Of a stretch of 64,000 bases of DNA, positions 38,826 to 48,005 are shown piece after piece. Each line of letters opens with the position of its first letter. The stretch's first letter is position 1. The notes under the pieces are model-generated. The model was not told where the DNA came from, did no database searches, and was given only the letters and a program-made list of their open reading frames with translations. The translations under genes were made by a program, and so were the position numbers. This DNA comes from an uncultured virus (IMG/VR IMGVR_UViG_3300018878_000143) (taxonomy: Duplodnaviria; Heunggongvirae; Uroviricota; Caudoviricetes). The stretch lies in the IMG/VR virus record IMGVR_UViG_3300018878_000143. One strand, given 5' to 3'.

Positions 38826-39370
38826 TTAACCACCTCTCTATTTCTATCTTCACAAATATCACAAATATAGCGATAAATCTCTTTCCACGTCTTCATTCTG
38901 GTAATGCCATTTGCGGTTGCATCAAACCATTTATTGTGCGGTGCATCCATTAGGATGCCGATATGGTTGCCACCCTCATGGTTATGTACGCCATCGTCAA
39001 CGTGTGCGATTATTACATCATTCCAAGTGATATATGGAAAGTATTTGAATAACACATGCTCCATTTTCTGGACGATTGATTTGTAATAAGAAGAGGTCAG
39101 AATATAAACTCGGTGACCATCATCGATAAGCTTTTTAACATAGTAAACTGCCTCGTCCTTTGGTCTTACCATTTTCCATAATTCCTCATCTTCAAGAGCT
39201 CCGTACACATCGTCCACCGATATATCCGGGAAAAAGTCCTTAATGTTCCAATCCGTGATATCTTGTGTCGATACTTTTGTGCCATAATGGCTATTTAGAT
39301 ATGAAACCCATGCTTCGACAAGACCTGCAATAGTATCGTCCATATCTATTAAAATCGTTAGTCTTTTCAT
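38822..39370 (-). CDS. 5'(3')-deoxyribonucleotidase (NT5C-like HAD), apparently with a short internal deletion
   Basis: IDMDDT motif I, ILTS motif II, VDDG motif IV, DAPHN. Confidence 0.8.
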   Translation of the reverse strand: MKRLTILIDMDDTIAGLVEAWVSYLNSHYGTKVSTQDITDWNIKDFFPDISVDDVYGALEDEELWKMVRPKDEAVYYVKKLIDDGHRVYILTSSYYKSIVQKMEHVLFKYFPYITWNDVIIAHVDDGVHNHEGGNHIGILMDAPHNKWFDATANGITRMKTWKEIYRYICDICEDRNREVVK

Positions 39371-39376
39371 ATATAC

Positions 39377-40207
39377 TTAATCAAGCAAATCGGCCATTGC
39401 AGCCGTTTCACTTCGTTCTGTTTTTAACAACTTAACAAACCCAAATCGATGGTGTCCTTTTAGCTTGTCTATTGCTGTAATCAGGCCATTGTTTTCTCGG
39501 AACACCTTTTCGTCTACCTGTTTATAGTCTCCGTTGATCCACAAAGATGAACCATCACCAACTCTGCCAAGCAACAGCTGTATGTGTTCTTTGGTCATGT
39601 TTTCTGCTTCAGAACATATAATAATGGAGTCTTTAATGTCTCTGCCTCGTATAAAGCCAAGGTGTACAATTTCTATTTTTCCTTGGTTCATCATTAATTC
39701 AAGGCTGTCGACTCCACCAAGGTGGTCTGCGAGTGGCATGGCGAATGGCAATAATTTATCCTTATAGTCGCCGGGCAAATGACCGATAGGTTTAGAATTT
39801 TTAACCTCAATATTGTTTCTGACCCAAACAATTTTTGAAAACTTTCCTTTTTCCAAAAGATCAATGGCGGCTGAAGTCATCAAGAGATCTTTGCCCGTTC
39901 CAAATTTTCCTGTAATCACTTTCACGGTTGTATCTTGGCTATACAGCATATCTATAGCTAATTGCTGTTGAGGATTTCTTGGTTTAATCTTTCCAAGATA
40001 TCTGCTGGCAATTTGTTTATACGGAACCTTTATAAAGCCTTCTCCGTTAAACTTGAGATATTCGACGATTTCTCCGTGGTCGTTTTCCACGAGTAAGTAT
40101 TCATTAGTCAGACACTCTGGCAATATGACACTATTCATATCTTCATAAAAAGAGGCAAGAGTTTCATCGTTCATCACGACTGTCTGAAATCCCAAATAGT
40201 TTTCCAT
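39377..40207 (-). CDS. phoH: PhoH-family ATPase
   Basis: GKFGTGKD, IGHLPG, FIRGR, EAEN, GDYKQVD, ERS. Confidence 0.9.
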   Translation of the reverse strand: MENYLGFQTVVMNDETLASFYEDMNSVILPECLTNEYLLVENDHGEIVEYLKFNGEGFIKVPYKQIASRYLGKIKPRNPQQQLAIDMLYSQDTTVKVITGKFGTGKDLLMTSAAIDLLEKGKFSKIVWVRNNIEVKNSKPIGHLPGDYKDKLLPFAMPLADHLGGVDSLELMMNQGKIEIVHLGFIRGRDIKDSIIICSEAENMTKEHIQLLLGRVGDGSSLWINGDYKQVDEKVFRENNGLITAIDKLKGHHRFGFVKLLKTERSETAAMADLLD

Positions 40208-40216
40208 AAAGCCTCC

Positions 40217-40852
40217 TTAAATAATATCTTCGATGTCACAGTCTTCGCCGATGATATAATCGACAAATCCTTTCTCCTTTGCTTCATCACTAAACAGATA
40301 CCACTCGATACGCAACTTACTATCGTATTCTTCAGAGGTCACCTTACTCATAGACAGAACATATTTCTTAATACGTTCTTCAACTCGGCGGTTGAACTCC
40401 ATCTGGTCTTGAGCTTTAGCACCAGAGTTATAAATGAAGTTTGATCCATCGTGCATCAGAAATTTGGAGTGTGCGAACGCGTATCTCTTATGTCCTGCCA
40501 AACCAATCAGAAAGCCCATAGAATACTGATATCCCATATTGATTGTGTAGACCGGAGTTTTGCTGCTTATAATAACATCGATTAACTCAAACCCTGCGTC
40601 AACTTCACCACCGTTGGATGCGATGTAAAGCATAATTGGCTGTCTATCCTTGATTTTCTTCCCAACATCTTCTCTGTTATATTGGAGAATGTGTTTGGCG
40701 ATTTCTCCAATACTATACTGAGAGACATCTTCGCTTAAGAATAACTTGCGTTGCTTGAGGTCTTTATAGTAAAGGAGCTCGCCAACAAGCGCTCCGTCCA
40801 TAAGAGCCTTTTCAATTTCAACATCAACATCGTAATATCCACGTTTCTTCAT
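40217..40852 (-). CDS. clpP: ClpP-like protease
   Basis: LYIASNGGEV, YSMG (catalytic Ser), FLMHD (His), EAKEKGFVD. Confidence 0.85.
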   Translation of the reverse strand: MKKRGYYDVDVEIEKALMDGALVGELLYYKDLKQRKLFLSEDVSQYSIGEIAKHILQYNREDVGKKIKDRQPIMLYIASNGGEVDAGFELIDVIISSKTPVYTINMGYQYSMGFLIGLAGHKRYAFAHSKFLMHDGSNFIYNSGAKAQDQMEFNRRVEERIKKYVLSMSKVTSEEYDSKLRIEWYLFSDEAKEKGFVDYIIGEDCDIEDII

Positions 40853-40867
40853 ATGTATCCTCCTGTG

Positions 40868-41440
40868 TTATTGCGGGATATACCCCACAATTTCATTTCC
40901 CCAACTATCAAAACCGTCTCGTTCTTGGCGTGCATATAGCTCGACTTTTTTTGCATGAGGGTATAAGCAGTTTATAATATCGTAGGAAATTTCTGGCTTT
41001 TGGCTATGTCTTTTTACACGCTCCGTAAAAACCGAGTGGATCTTTCCTCGTTGCTCCTTGTTGACCGGTAGTAATCGTCCTTTGTACATATACAATAGGT
41101 ATTCGTGCCCAAATCGAATTGTAAATGCAGCCGGAATTCCGGTAACTTTGTTCCACACCATTCTGGCATGAAGCTTATATCCAAGTTCCTTTGCTATTTG
41201 TTCTGCTTCGAACAAATATTTATCGATTGTCCACAGAAACAATATCGCATTTTCACCGGTACATTCGTTTGCTTTTTGCAAATGTTCCTTTATTTCATCA
41301 AGTGTACACACTGGGTAATCTAACGGTGTTCCGCTTGAGTTTGCTCTAACCGCCTTTTTACCGCCTTTACTTTGTTTCCAGGGCGGATCTGCTACTATGA
41401 GATCGTACTTGTTGTTTGTGTTGTAGATATCTACGAACAT
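40868..41440 (-). CDS. MT-A70-family N6-adenine methyltransferase
   Basis: ADPPW, LFLW, HEYLL, HSQKP, ELYAR, WGNE. Confidence 0.9.
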   Translation of the reverse strand: MFVDIYNTNNKYDLIVADPPWKQSKGGKKAVRANSSGTPLDYPVCTLDEIKEHLQKANECTGENAILFLWTIDKYLFEAEQIAKELGYKLHARMVWNKVTGIPAAFTIRFGHEYLLYMYKGRLLPVNKEQRGKIHSVFTERVKRHSQKPEISYDIINCLYPHAKKVELYARQERDGFDSWGNEIVGYIPQ

Positions 41441-41443
41441 ATC

Positions 41444-42007
41444 TCACCCCACAAACTCATCAATATGCATTTGATGATACCCGTTCATTGAAGAAATCAG
41501 CGAACTAATAGCATGTTTCAAGTCCTGCAATGAACCGTAATTGATGACCCAAAAATCCGGAGCAACATCATCCAGGGCAGTTTCTGACGAGTGCGCTTGC
41601 TGTTCCTCTGTTAGTGGACTGACAAAATTTTCTCTCAAGACACGAACATGGGTCACATCAAAGCCCAGCCCCCTCAAGTACTCAACCTCATTTGGGAACC
41701 GGCAGTCAGGGATCAGTACATAGTCCCATTCACCTGGGAACATTCTAAGCATGTCGCCAATGAATCCAACCCAGTAATCTTCTTGTTGATTCCGAATTAC
41801 ATCTGTCCCAACATGTTGTAACAAACTGCGTCCATATTCGTCCTTTTCTCCATTCCAACCAAAGAATGTCTTGCACACATACTTAACCAAGTCTCCATAA
41901 TGCGCAATCAGGACTGTGTATCCGTCATTCTCAAGCGCATCCCGAAGAAGTGATGCTGTTGTATCCTTTCCGTGCTGTGCCTTTCCAGAAATACAAATGA
42001 CTTTCAT
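41444..42007 (-). CDS. Deoxynucleoside monophosphate kinase (P-loop)
   Basis: ISGKAQHGKDT, R.LLQ.VGT, DCRFPNE, HSSE. Confidence 0.8.
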   Translation of the reverse strand: MKVICISGKAQHGKDTTASLLRDALENDGYTVLIAHYGDLVKYVCKTFFGWNGEKDEYGRSLLQHVGTDVIRNQQEDYWVGFIGDMLRMFPGEWDYVLIPDCRFPNEVEYLRGLGFDVTHVRVLRENFVSPLTEEQQAHSSETALDDVAPDFWVINYGSLQDLKHAISSLISSMNGYHQMHIDEFVG

Positions 42008-42666
42008 TATTTGACCTCTTTTCTTGTAGCAGCACCTGTGATCAGATAGTCTGCCATAGGAAGAGTCTCAATCCAGTCGCAAACAACGTGCCAATCAGGC
42101 AGTCTATGATGACGGCGCTGTGCATAAATGTTTTTTAGACAACGATAGTTGGTTGTCATTCCAGCCATCAGTTCAAAGCCAGATGGGAGATTGTACAACA
42201 AATCGAGATATGCTATCTTCTTTCTTTTTGGTTCTTTTTCGCCATCGATAGAGTTGTAGATATCCTGTAGCCGTTCCGCCTCTTTAACTTCTACATCGCT
42301 CACATGACCATTGCAGCAATCCCCGATTTTGAACATCGCAACACGATGCATGGTGCTCATAGAAGAAATGAAGTTTAAGAATGTGTACCGCTCTGCTTCA
42401 ACCCACGCTTTGTTGGAAAGTGTAAGGTCGAAATTAACTACAATACCAGTAAGGAATTGGTCGTGTCCGCCACCTTTAGCATTTGCAAGACCAATTGCTC
42501 TCTTAATATGCGGATTATTATAATCACCAACCACACGAGCAGTGGCGATTTCAGAAACCGCATCACAAAATTCTTCTTTAGTAGGTGCGGCATCCATCAT
42601 AGGATATCCACTTCTGTAGATGGTGCTATCAAGACCGTAGACTTCTACGTTTTCAATTTTTGCCAT
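42007..42666 (-). CDS. Divergent ThyX-like (flavin-dependent thymidylate synthase fold) protein
   Basis: GHDQFL, ERY....ISSMSTMH, TTNYR.LKNIY.QRR.HRL.DW; lies in the nucleotide cluster. Confidence 0.55.
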   Translation of the reverse strand: MAKIENVEVYGLDSTIYRSGYPMMDAAPTKEEFCDAVSEIATARVVGDYNNPHIKRAIGLANAKGGGHDQFLTGIVVNFDLTLSNKAWVEAERYTFLNFISSMSTMHRVAMFKIGDCCNGHVSDVEVKEAERLQDIYNSIDGEKEPKRKKIAYLDLLYNLPSGFELMAGMTTNYRCLKNIYAQRRHHRLPDWHVVCDWIETLPMADYLITGAATRKEVK

Positions 42667-42674
42667 AGTATTCC

Positions 42675-43169
42675 TCAACTTTCAAATCCTAAAATCGACA
42701 TTAAGTCCGCATCATCAATATCGTCTATTTCTTCATCGAAAAGACTACTAACTTTGTTGACATCCCATTCCCCGTAATATATTGGCTCAAACCACTCTCG
42801 ATGTCTCTGAACCAGATCGTCAATATACAAATCATGCGGAGAATGTAGATGGGGTGTCCACTCAGATTCGTTTGTTACAATGAACTCTTCTCCAATATTT
42901 GGGTTGTGAACAACTTCTATTGGGATTCCCATATATTTAATACGTCCGTCAACATAAGGTTCGAACCGATCAAAATATCCAAGCTCATGGTTATTACAGT
43001 ATTTAAGTAAGCTAACCAGTGCCTTTGCCCCGCAATATATTTTCGTTGCATACTTGCCTGTTTTATATTCAAATTCAGCAAGCATATTATCGAGTTCTCT
43101 TAGTGTCATCATCTTATTATGTCTCACCAACCTCTCCCACCGGCGAGATCTTACAATTTGGAATGACAT
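42675..43169 (-). CDS. Hypothetical protein
   Basis: ORF in operon orientation; true start uncertain. Confidence 0.55.
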   Translation of the reverse strand: MSFQIVRSRRWERLVRHNKMMTLRELDNMLAEFEYKTGKYATKIYCGAKALVSLLKYCNNHELGYFDRFEPYVDGRIKYMGIPIEVVHNPNIGEEFIVTNESEWTPHLHSPHDLYIDDLVQRHREWFEPIYYGEWDVNKVSSLFDEEIDDIDDADLMSILGFES

Positions 43170-43344
43170 ATGTATTCATCAGCTTGTCAAAGCAAGAACA
43201 GCACATATCGACATCAATATAACTGCCGTCAAACTCGCTTCCGTAGCCAACATGGTGATGAAGGCCAAACGCTTCTTGTTTGTCCCACATATCAAAATCT
43301 TTTCCGCAAAAATTACAAACCTGTTTTATCACGAAGAGGCGCAC
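43117..43344 (-). CDS. Small zinc-binding protein
   Basis: CNFC...GYGSEFDG...CCSC; AAGGAGG upstream. Confidence 0.65.
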   Translation of the reverse strand: MRLFVIKQVCNFCGKDFDMWDKQEAFGLHHHVGYGSEFDGSYIDVDMCCSCFDKLMNTYVIPNCKISPVGEVGET

Positions 43345-43365
43345 CTCCTTTATGAAATCTCAATT

Positions 43366-43686
43366 TTATAACCAAGTAATATCTTCTCTTTTGCCAAAAT
43401 ACATCGGCATGATCCTACATCTTAGCTCTTCTTCGTTAATACTTTTATCGCACCACATTTTACCGAACTTATGTCCTCTTGCATTAATATAAGCAGGCAC
43501 CCATCTTAACAAAGTGCCATCAGTAAATTCTGTGCGTATTTCGTGCTTTGTTCGCGTTTTTCTTAACACTTCTTTCTCAGAAGATGTCTCGATATCTGAT
43601 ATAAGTTGGAGTGCTGTATCATAATCAAAACCAACTACAGCCCATCTATTTTTTGCAAATTCATTAACACCAAAGTGTTCGTACAT
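43366..43686 (-). CDS. Hypothetical protein
   Basis: AAGGA RBS before ATG 43686 (the longer ORF overlaps dnaE). Confidence 0.6.
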   Translation of the reverse strand: MYEHFGVNEFAKNRWAVVGFDYDTALQLISDIETSSEKEVLRKTRTKHEIRTEFTDGTLLRWVPAYINARGHKFGKMWCDKSINEEELRCRIMPMYFGKREDITWL

Positions 43687-43702
43687 ATCTTTTTTCCTTT
43701 GT

Positions 43703-46700
43703 TTAATCGACCAAATGTACATAGTCGAGCAGGCGGAAATAAATACCGTCACGCTCCCACCTTCTACAGTCGATGATATCCCCTTCTTGGATGGGGTTTT
43801 CTTCAAACCGCTTTTTAAAAACGGTCATGCGGCTTTCTTTACCACTTCCTATAGACTGTGTGAGGATGCTGTATCCGAACAGTTTTCCGTCAGACTTTCT
43901 ACAGACTGGGTAGACACCCTTAATGCGGAGCTTGGTTCTATCTTCCTCTTTCCCAGAAACAAGACTGACAAATCCCAAGTACTCTTTCTGTGTAGCCATA
44001 ATGTCTCTGTAGCTAAATTCGTCAATACCAAGAGATAACAACTTATCTTCATACGCATTCATAATCGCAGGGATATTTAGTTCTTTATATGTTTTTGACA
44101 GTTCTCCACTCTTTGTCTTGGGGCGAACACTATACTGAGGAATAACCACATTCATAAAACCGTCTTCAACGATTTGAGAAACCTTAATTGATGCTCGCTC
44201 TCCAAATTTAAAGAATTCGAAGATATCCATGATGCGTAATAATTCCTTTGTGTTTCCATACTCTTTAAAGAAACCAAGTAGGATCAAAATTTTAAGCTTA
44301 GACTTTTCAAGACCTGCCTGTATCATATCTCCACAAAGCGCCCAGAAGTATTTCTGTTTACTGTTTCGGAATTGATACAACACCTCTGCTGTATTTTGGT
44401 TGCAGTCTCTGATCAAAGGAATTGCATACACAACTTTATTATCTTTGACCCAACATTTTCTATGATCATCTCTAAAGCTGAATGGCTCAATGCTGATTTT
44501 GTGCTTAAACATATCGCTAATAATTTCGTCGGCATCATCTTTAACAAAAGAACTTTGCCCGATATAGGAATTGCAAAGCCCTGCATAGAATTCGGCTGGA
44601 TAATATGCCTTTTGTTTTGCTGTAATATACGCAAGAATTGCGTATGCACTTGAGTGCGCCTTGTTAAACGAGTATTTAGCGAATTCCAACATATCTGTCC
44701 ACAATTGACTAAATTGTTCATCAGTCCAGCCCCTTGCCTTCAGCTTCTCTTCAAGTTCTGGTTTTACTTGAGCCAGAAGCTTGGGGTTTTTCTTGCCGGT
44801 TGCCTTACGCAACAAGTCTGGGTTATGCATACCGGCTAATCGACCAATTTCAATCAGCTGTTCCTGGAAGACAATAATTCCATATGTTGTGTTCAAGATG
44901 CCTTCCAAGTCCGGATGCAAATAAGTAAACTTTTCCTTGCCGCTTTTTCTGTTGCAGTAATTATCGATATATCCCATTGATCCAGGTCTGAACAGTGCAT
45001 TTGCTGCAGACAAATCATCAATGCCACTTACGTTCATTTTCTTGAGGGTTTGTTTCATTCCATTTGAAGAAAACTGGAAAATCCCCAGTGTGTCTCCATT
45101 TCGGAAAATGTCCAAAACTTTTGGGTCTCCATAGTCTTGTTTTGGGTTGATGAACTCCAATGACTCTCCAGACATTTCAAGAGTGTCATATTCTTGGTCT
45201 AAAGTTCGAAGTCCAAGAACGTCAATTTTTACCAATCCGACATCATCCACACTGTGCATATCCCCTTGTAGGAAGCGAATTCCTTCTGCATCATAACTTG
45301 ATGGGAGATAATAATCTAATTCGTTATTGGCGATAATCTTGCCACAGGCATGTAAACCAAATGACTTGGGCAGACCATTTAGCTTTCTAACAAAATCAAA
45401 CAGTTCTGGATATGTCTTCACATTATCAATGGCCGCTTTTGCACTTGGTACAACATCCATCTCGCCGGAAATCATTGCGTCAATTTCGTTGATTTCAAAG
45501 CTCTCAAAAGACTTCGCAATTTCGTCTGCAGCCTGAAGATCAATTCCCAAAACCTTGCACATATCTCGAATTGTGCCTTTTGTTTTATTTGTGCCAAACT
45601 TTCCAATAGAGGCAACTCTTTTTTCTCCATATGTATCGTACAAAAAGCGCATGACCTCTGCACAAGACTCTCCAGAAAAGTCGAGATCAACGTCTGGTAT
45701 TTTTAGTTCCTTTGGAGTTATTTCACCGCTCTCAAGCAACGGCAATGCCCCAACATCAATGAAACGCTCAAAATAAAGCTTGTGCTCAAGTGGGTCAATG
45801 TTCGTAATGTTGGAGACATAACAGATCAGACTTCCTCCGCCGGAGCCTCTTGCGATTCCGCGACGCTTCGCCACATTTGCATATGAATAAACCAGAAGCA
45901 TATAGTCGAGAAAACCCATTCGTGTTAGACTGTCTAATTCATACTCATATCGCTTTATGTATGCATCGATAGTCTCTTGTGATAGATCTTTTTCTTCGTA
46001 CCCAACAATCTCCCCATCTTCATTCAAAATCTGTTGGAATATTTTTCTATTTGGGTCAGCCTGAGAACGCGTGGCTACATCAATATTCAACTTGGTACGA
46101 AACCCATTTTCACAAATCGACATAAGCCATTCTTTACTGTCTGAAAACTCTTGTGGCACATCCATTTTTGGCATAATTGGTGCAGAAAGTGGTAGCTCAA
46201 CATTGCACTTATCTGCGATGATGTGTGTAGTTCTAATAACATCATCTACAATCTCTGGGGTTAAATAACCGAGTCGCTCCTTAACTTCGCTCTCGCTTTG
46301 AATAAAGCAATCGATGTACGATTCCCCATCTTCCTTATACGCCCCATTAAATGCATATTTGTTCTGGTAAACCTTGTCTGCTTCCCAAGTGTAATGAGCA
46401 TCACAAGTAACTACACACGGAACCGAAATATCCTGCGAAAGTCGTAAAATTTGCTGATTGATCGCTATCTGTTCAGGATCTCGGTGAGCTTGGATTTCTA
46501 AATAATAATCCTCTCCAAACCGCTCCTTATATCGCAAGGCAATTTCCTTTGCTTTTCCATAATCATTTGCCAATAGATTTTTACTTATTTCACCGGCCAG
46601 ACAAGCACTGAGAATAATCAATCCTTCTCCATACTGTGACAATAGCTCAAAATCAATACGGGGCTTGTAGTATTTGTTTTCAGGTCTTTCCGATAGACTG

Positions 46701-46999
46701 ATGAGTGTATTTAAATTGAGGCGACCCACTTCGTTTTTACACAGCGCAACAAGATGGTAATACCTTGAGTTTTTGTCTTTGATGGTCAAGTCATCACATA
46801 TATAAAACTCAACCCCGATAATTGGTTTAATATCATTTGCTTTACATAGCTTATAAATCTCCACTGTGCCGAGACATTCGCCGTGATCTGTTACAGCAAT
46901 GGTATCTTGTCCAATTTCTTTCAACCGACTTATCAACTCTTCCGGCTTGATAATACTGTCACGCAACGAATACATCGAATGTGTGTGCAAATGAATCAG
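43703..46999 (-). CDS. dnaE: DNA polymerase III alpha subunit (probable CTG start)
   Basis: HTHS.YSL.D, AVTDHG, RGSGGGS, FERF, PDVDLD, HACG, KIDVLGL, YSFNKAHS. Confidence 0.95.
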   Translation of the reverse strand: MIHLHTHSMYSLRDSIIKPEELISRLKEIGQDTIAVTDHGECLGTVEIYKLCKANDIKPIIGVEFYICDDLTIKDKNSRYYHLVALCKNEVGRLNLNTLISLSERPENKYYKPRIDFELLSQYGEGLIILSACLAGEISKNLLANDYGKAKEIALRYKERFGEDYYLEIQAHRDPEQIAINQQILRLSQDISVPCVVTCDAHYTWEADKVYQNKYAFNGAYKEDGESYIDCFIQSESEVKERLGYLTPEIVDDVIRTTHIIADKCNVELPLSAPIMPKMDVPQEFSDSKEWLMSICENGFRTKLNIDVATRSQADPNRKIFQQILNEDGEIVGYEEKDLSQETIDAYIKRYEYELDSLTRMGFLDYMLLVYSYANVAKRRGIARGSGGGSLICYVSNITNIDPLEHKLYFERFIDVGALPLLESGEITPKELKIPDVDLDFSGESCAEVMRFLYDTYGEKRVASIGKFGTNKTKGTIRDMCKVLGIDLQAADEIAKSFESFEINEIDAMISGEMDVVPSAKAAIDNVKTYPELFDFVRKLNGLPKSFGLHACGKIIANNELDYYLPSSYDAEGIRFLQGDMHSVDDVGLVKIDVLGLRTLDQEYDTLEMSGESLEFINPKQDYGDPKVLDIFRNGDTLGIFQFSSNGMKQTLKKMNVSGIDDLSAANALFRPGSMGYIDNYCNRKSGKEKFTYLHPDLEGILNTTYGIIVFQEQLIEIGRLAGMHNPDLLRKATGKKNPKLLAQVKPELEEKLKARGWTDEQFSQLWTDMLEFAKYSFNKAHSSAYAILAYITAKQKAYYPAEFYAGLCNSYIGQSSFVKDDADEIISDMFKHKISIEPFSFRDDHRKCWVKDNKVVYAIPLIRDCNQNTAEVLYQFRNSKQKYFWALCGDMIQAGLEKSKLKILILLGFFKEYGNTKELLRIMDIFEFFKFGERASIKVSQIVEDGFMNVVIPQYSVRPKTKSGELSKTYKELNIPAIMNAYEDKLLSLGIDEFSYRDIMATQKEYLGFVSLVSGKEEDRTKLRIKGVYPVCRKSDGKLFGYSILTQSIGSGKESRMTVFKKRFEENPIQEGDIIDCRRWERDGIYFRLLDYVHLVD

Positions 47000-47988
47000 T
47001 GTAGTCGCCCCCTTTCTTCATACAATGTCTGAAAAACATCAAAACCCTTGTCAACAGGAGAATCTTTGTCTTCCAATAGGCCATTTCTGTTCCGAACCCA
47101 TTCAACACGAACATAAGGTAACAGTTTTTTGATATTTACATCATCTCGAATATCTACCTCGGCATCAAGCGCAAATACCACTGTTGTTATGCCAAAACTA
47201 ATCAGCTGCTTAAACTGGTAGGGATTGAGGTGCGAAGTTAGGATAGCTCCAGTATTTTTAATACCCCAACCATCAGCAATCATTACTGACTTAGCACCTT
47301 CAAACAAAATAATTTCTTTCTTTTGAAGAATGTATTCTTTGTTTTCTGCAAATCCATAGATTGAGTCAAGTACACCAAGTGGTTTGAAATATGTATACTT
47401 TCGAAGCCTCTTTTCTTTGTACGATTGGTCTAATGTTCTACCACATACGTTAATGATATCCCCAGTGTTATTGCGAATTGGATAAACTATACGATCTGAG
47501 AATGGGTCATATCGTACTTGAAACCTATCAAGAGATTCTTGCGTTATACCTTCTTTGATCCACAACGAAAGCTTTTCTTCATTTTTCTCATAGCGGTTCA
47601 TATAATCTTGCGGCAAAATAACGCTTTTAGATTCTTTGACCCTTTTTTGTTTGTCTTTGAATTTTTTTGCAATCGATGTAGCTTGAAGTCTCTTAGGCGT
47701 CTCGCCTCTCTCTTCTTCAGTGATATTTGCATACTCTTTTAAAATACGAAGTGCTTTGAAAAAATCGCAGTGATTATATTGACAGATAAACTCCAATACG
47801 TTTCCACCCTTGCCGGTTGAAAAATCATAGAACCTCTGTTTTTCCACATTGACGGAGAACGACGGCGTGTTCTCATCCTTCAGTGGCGATAGACCCCAAA
47901 ATTCTCCGTCTTGTTTTTCTTCCAATTCACAAAACTGTGATATGTACTCAAGAATATCTACACATTCAATGATCTCAGATACTTCCAC
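46996..47988 (-). CDS. dnaG: DNA primase (degenerate zinc-binding domain plus TOPRIM)
   Basis: DENTPSFSV, DRIVYPIRN, GRTL, KY, FEGAKS, ALDAE. Confidence 0.85.
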   Translation of the reverse strand: MEVSEIIECVDILEYISQFCELEEKQDGEFWGLSPLKDENTPSFSVNVEKQRFYDFSTGKGGNVLEFICQYNHCDFFKALRILKEYANITEEERGETPKRLQATSIAKKFKDKQKRVKESKSVILPQDYMNRYEKNEEKLSLWIKEGITQESLDRFQVRYDPFSDRIVYPIRNNTGDIINVCGRTLDQSYKEKRLRKYTYFKPLGVLDSIYGFAENKEYILQKKEIILFEGAKSVMIADGWGIKNTGAILTSHLNPYQFKQLISFGITTVVFALDAEVDIRDDVNIKKLLPYVRVEWVRNRNGLLEDKDSPVDKGFDVFQTLYEERGRLH

Positions 47989-48005
47989 GCCGTCACCCGC
48001 TTTCC

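Noticed and set aside
36573..46999. Inteins or introns in RNR or DnaE
   Set aside because: Both ORFs are continuous and of ordinary length with no splicing motifs; DnaE has only a short insertion
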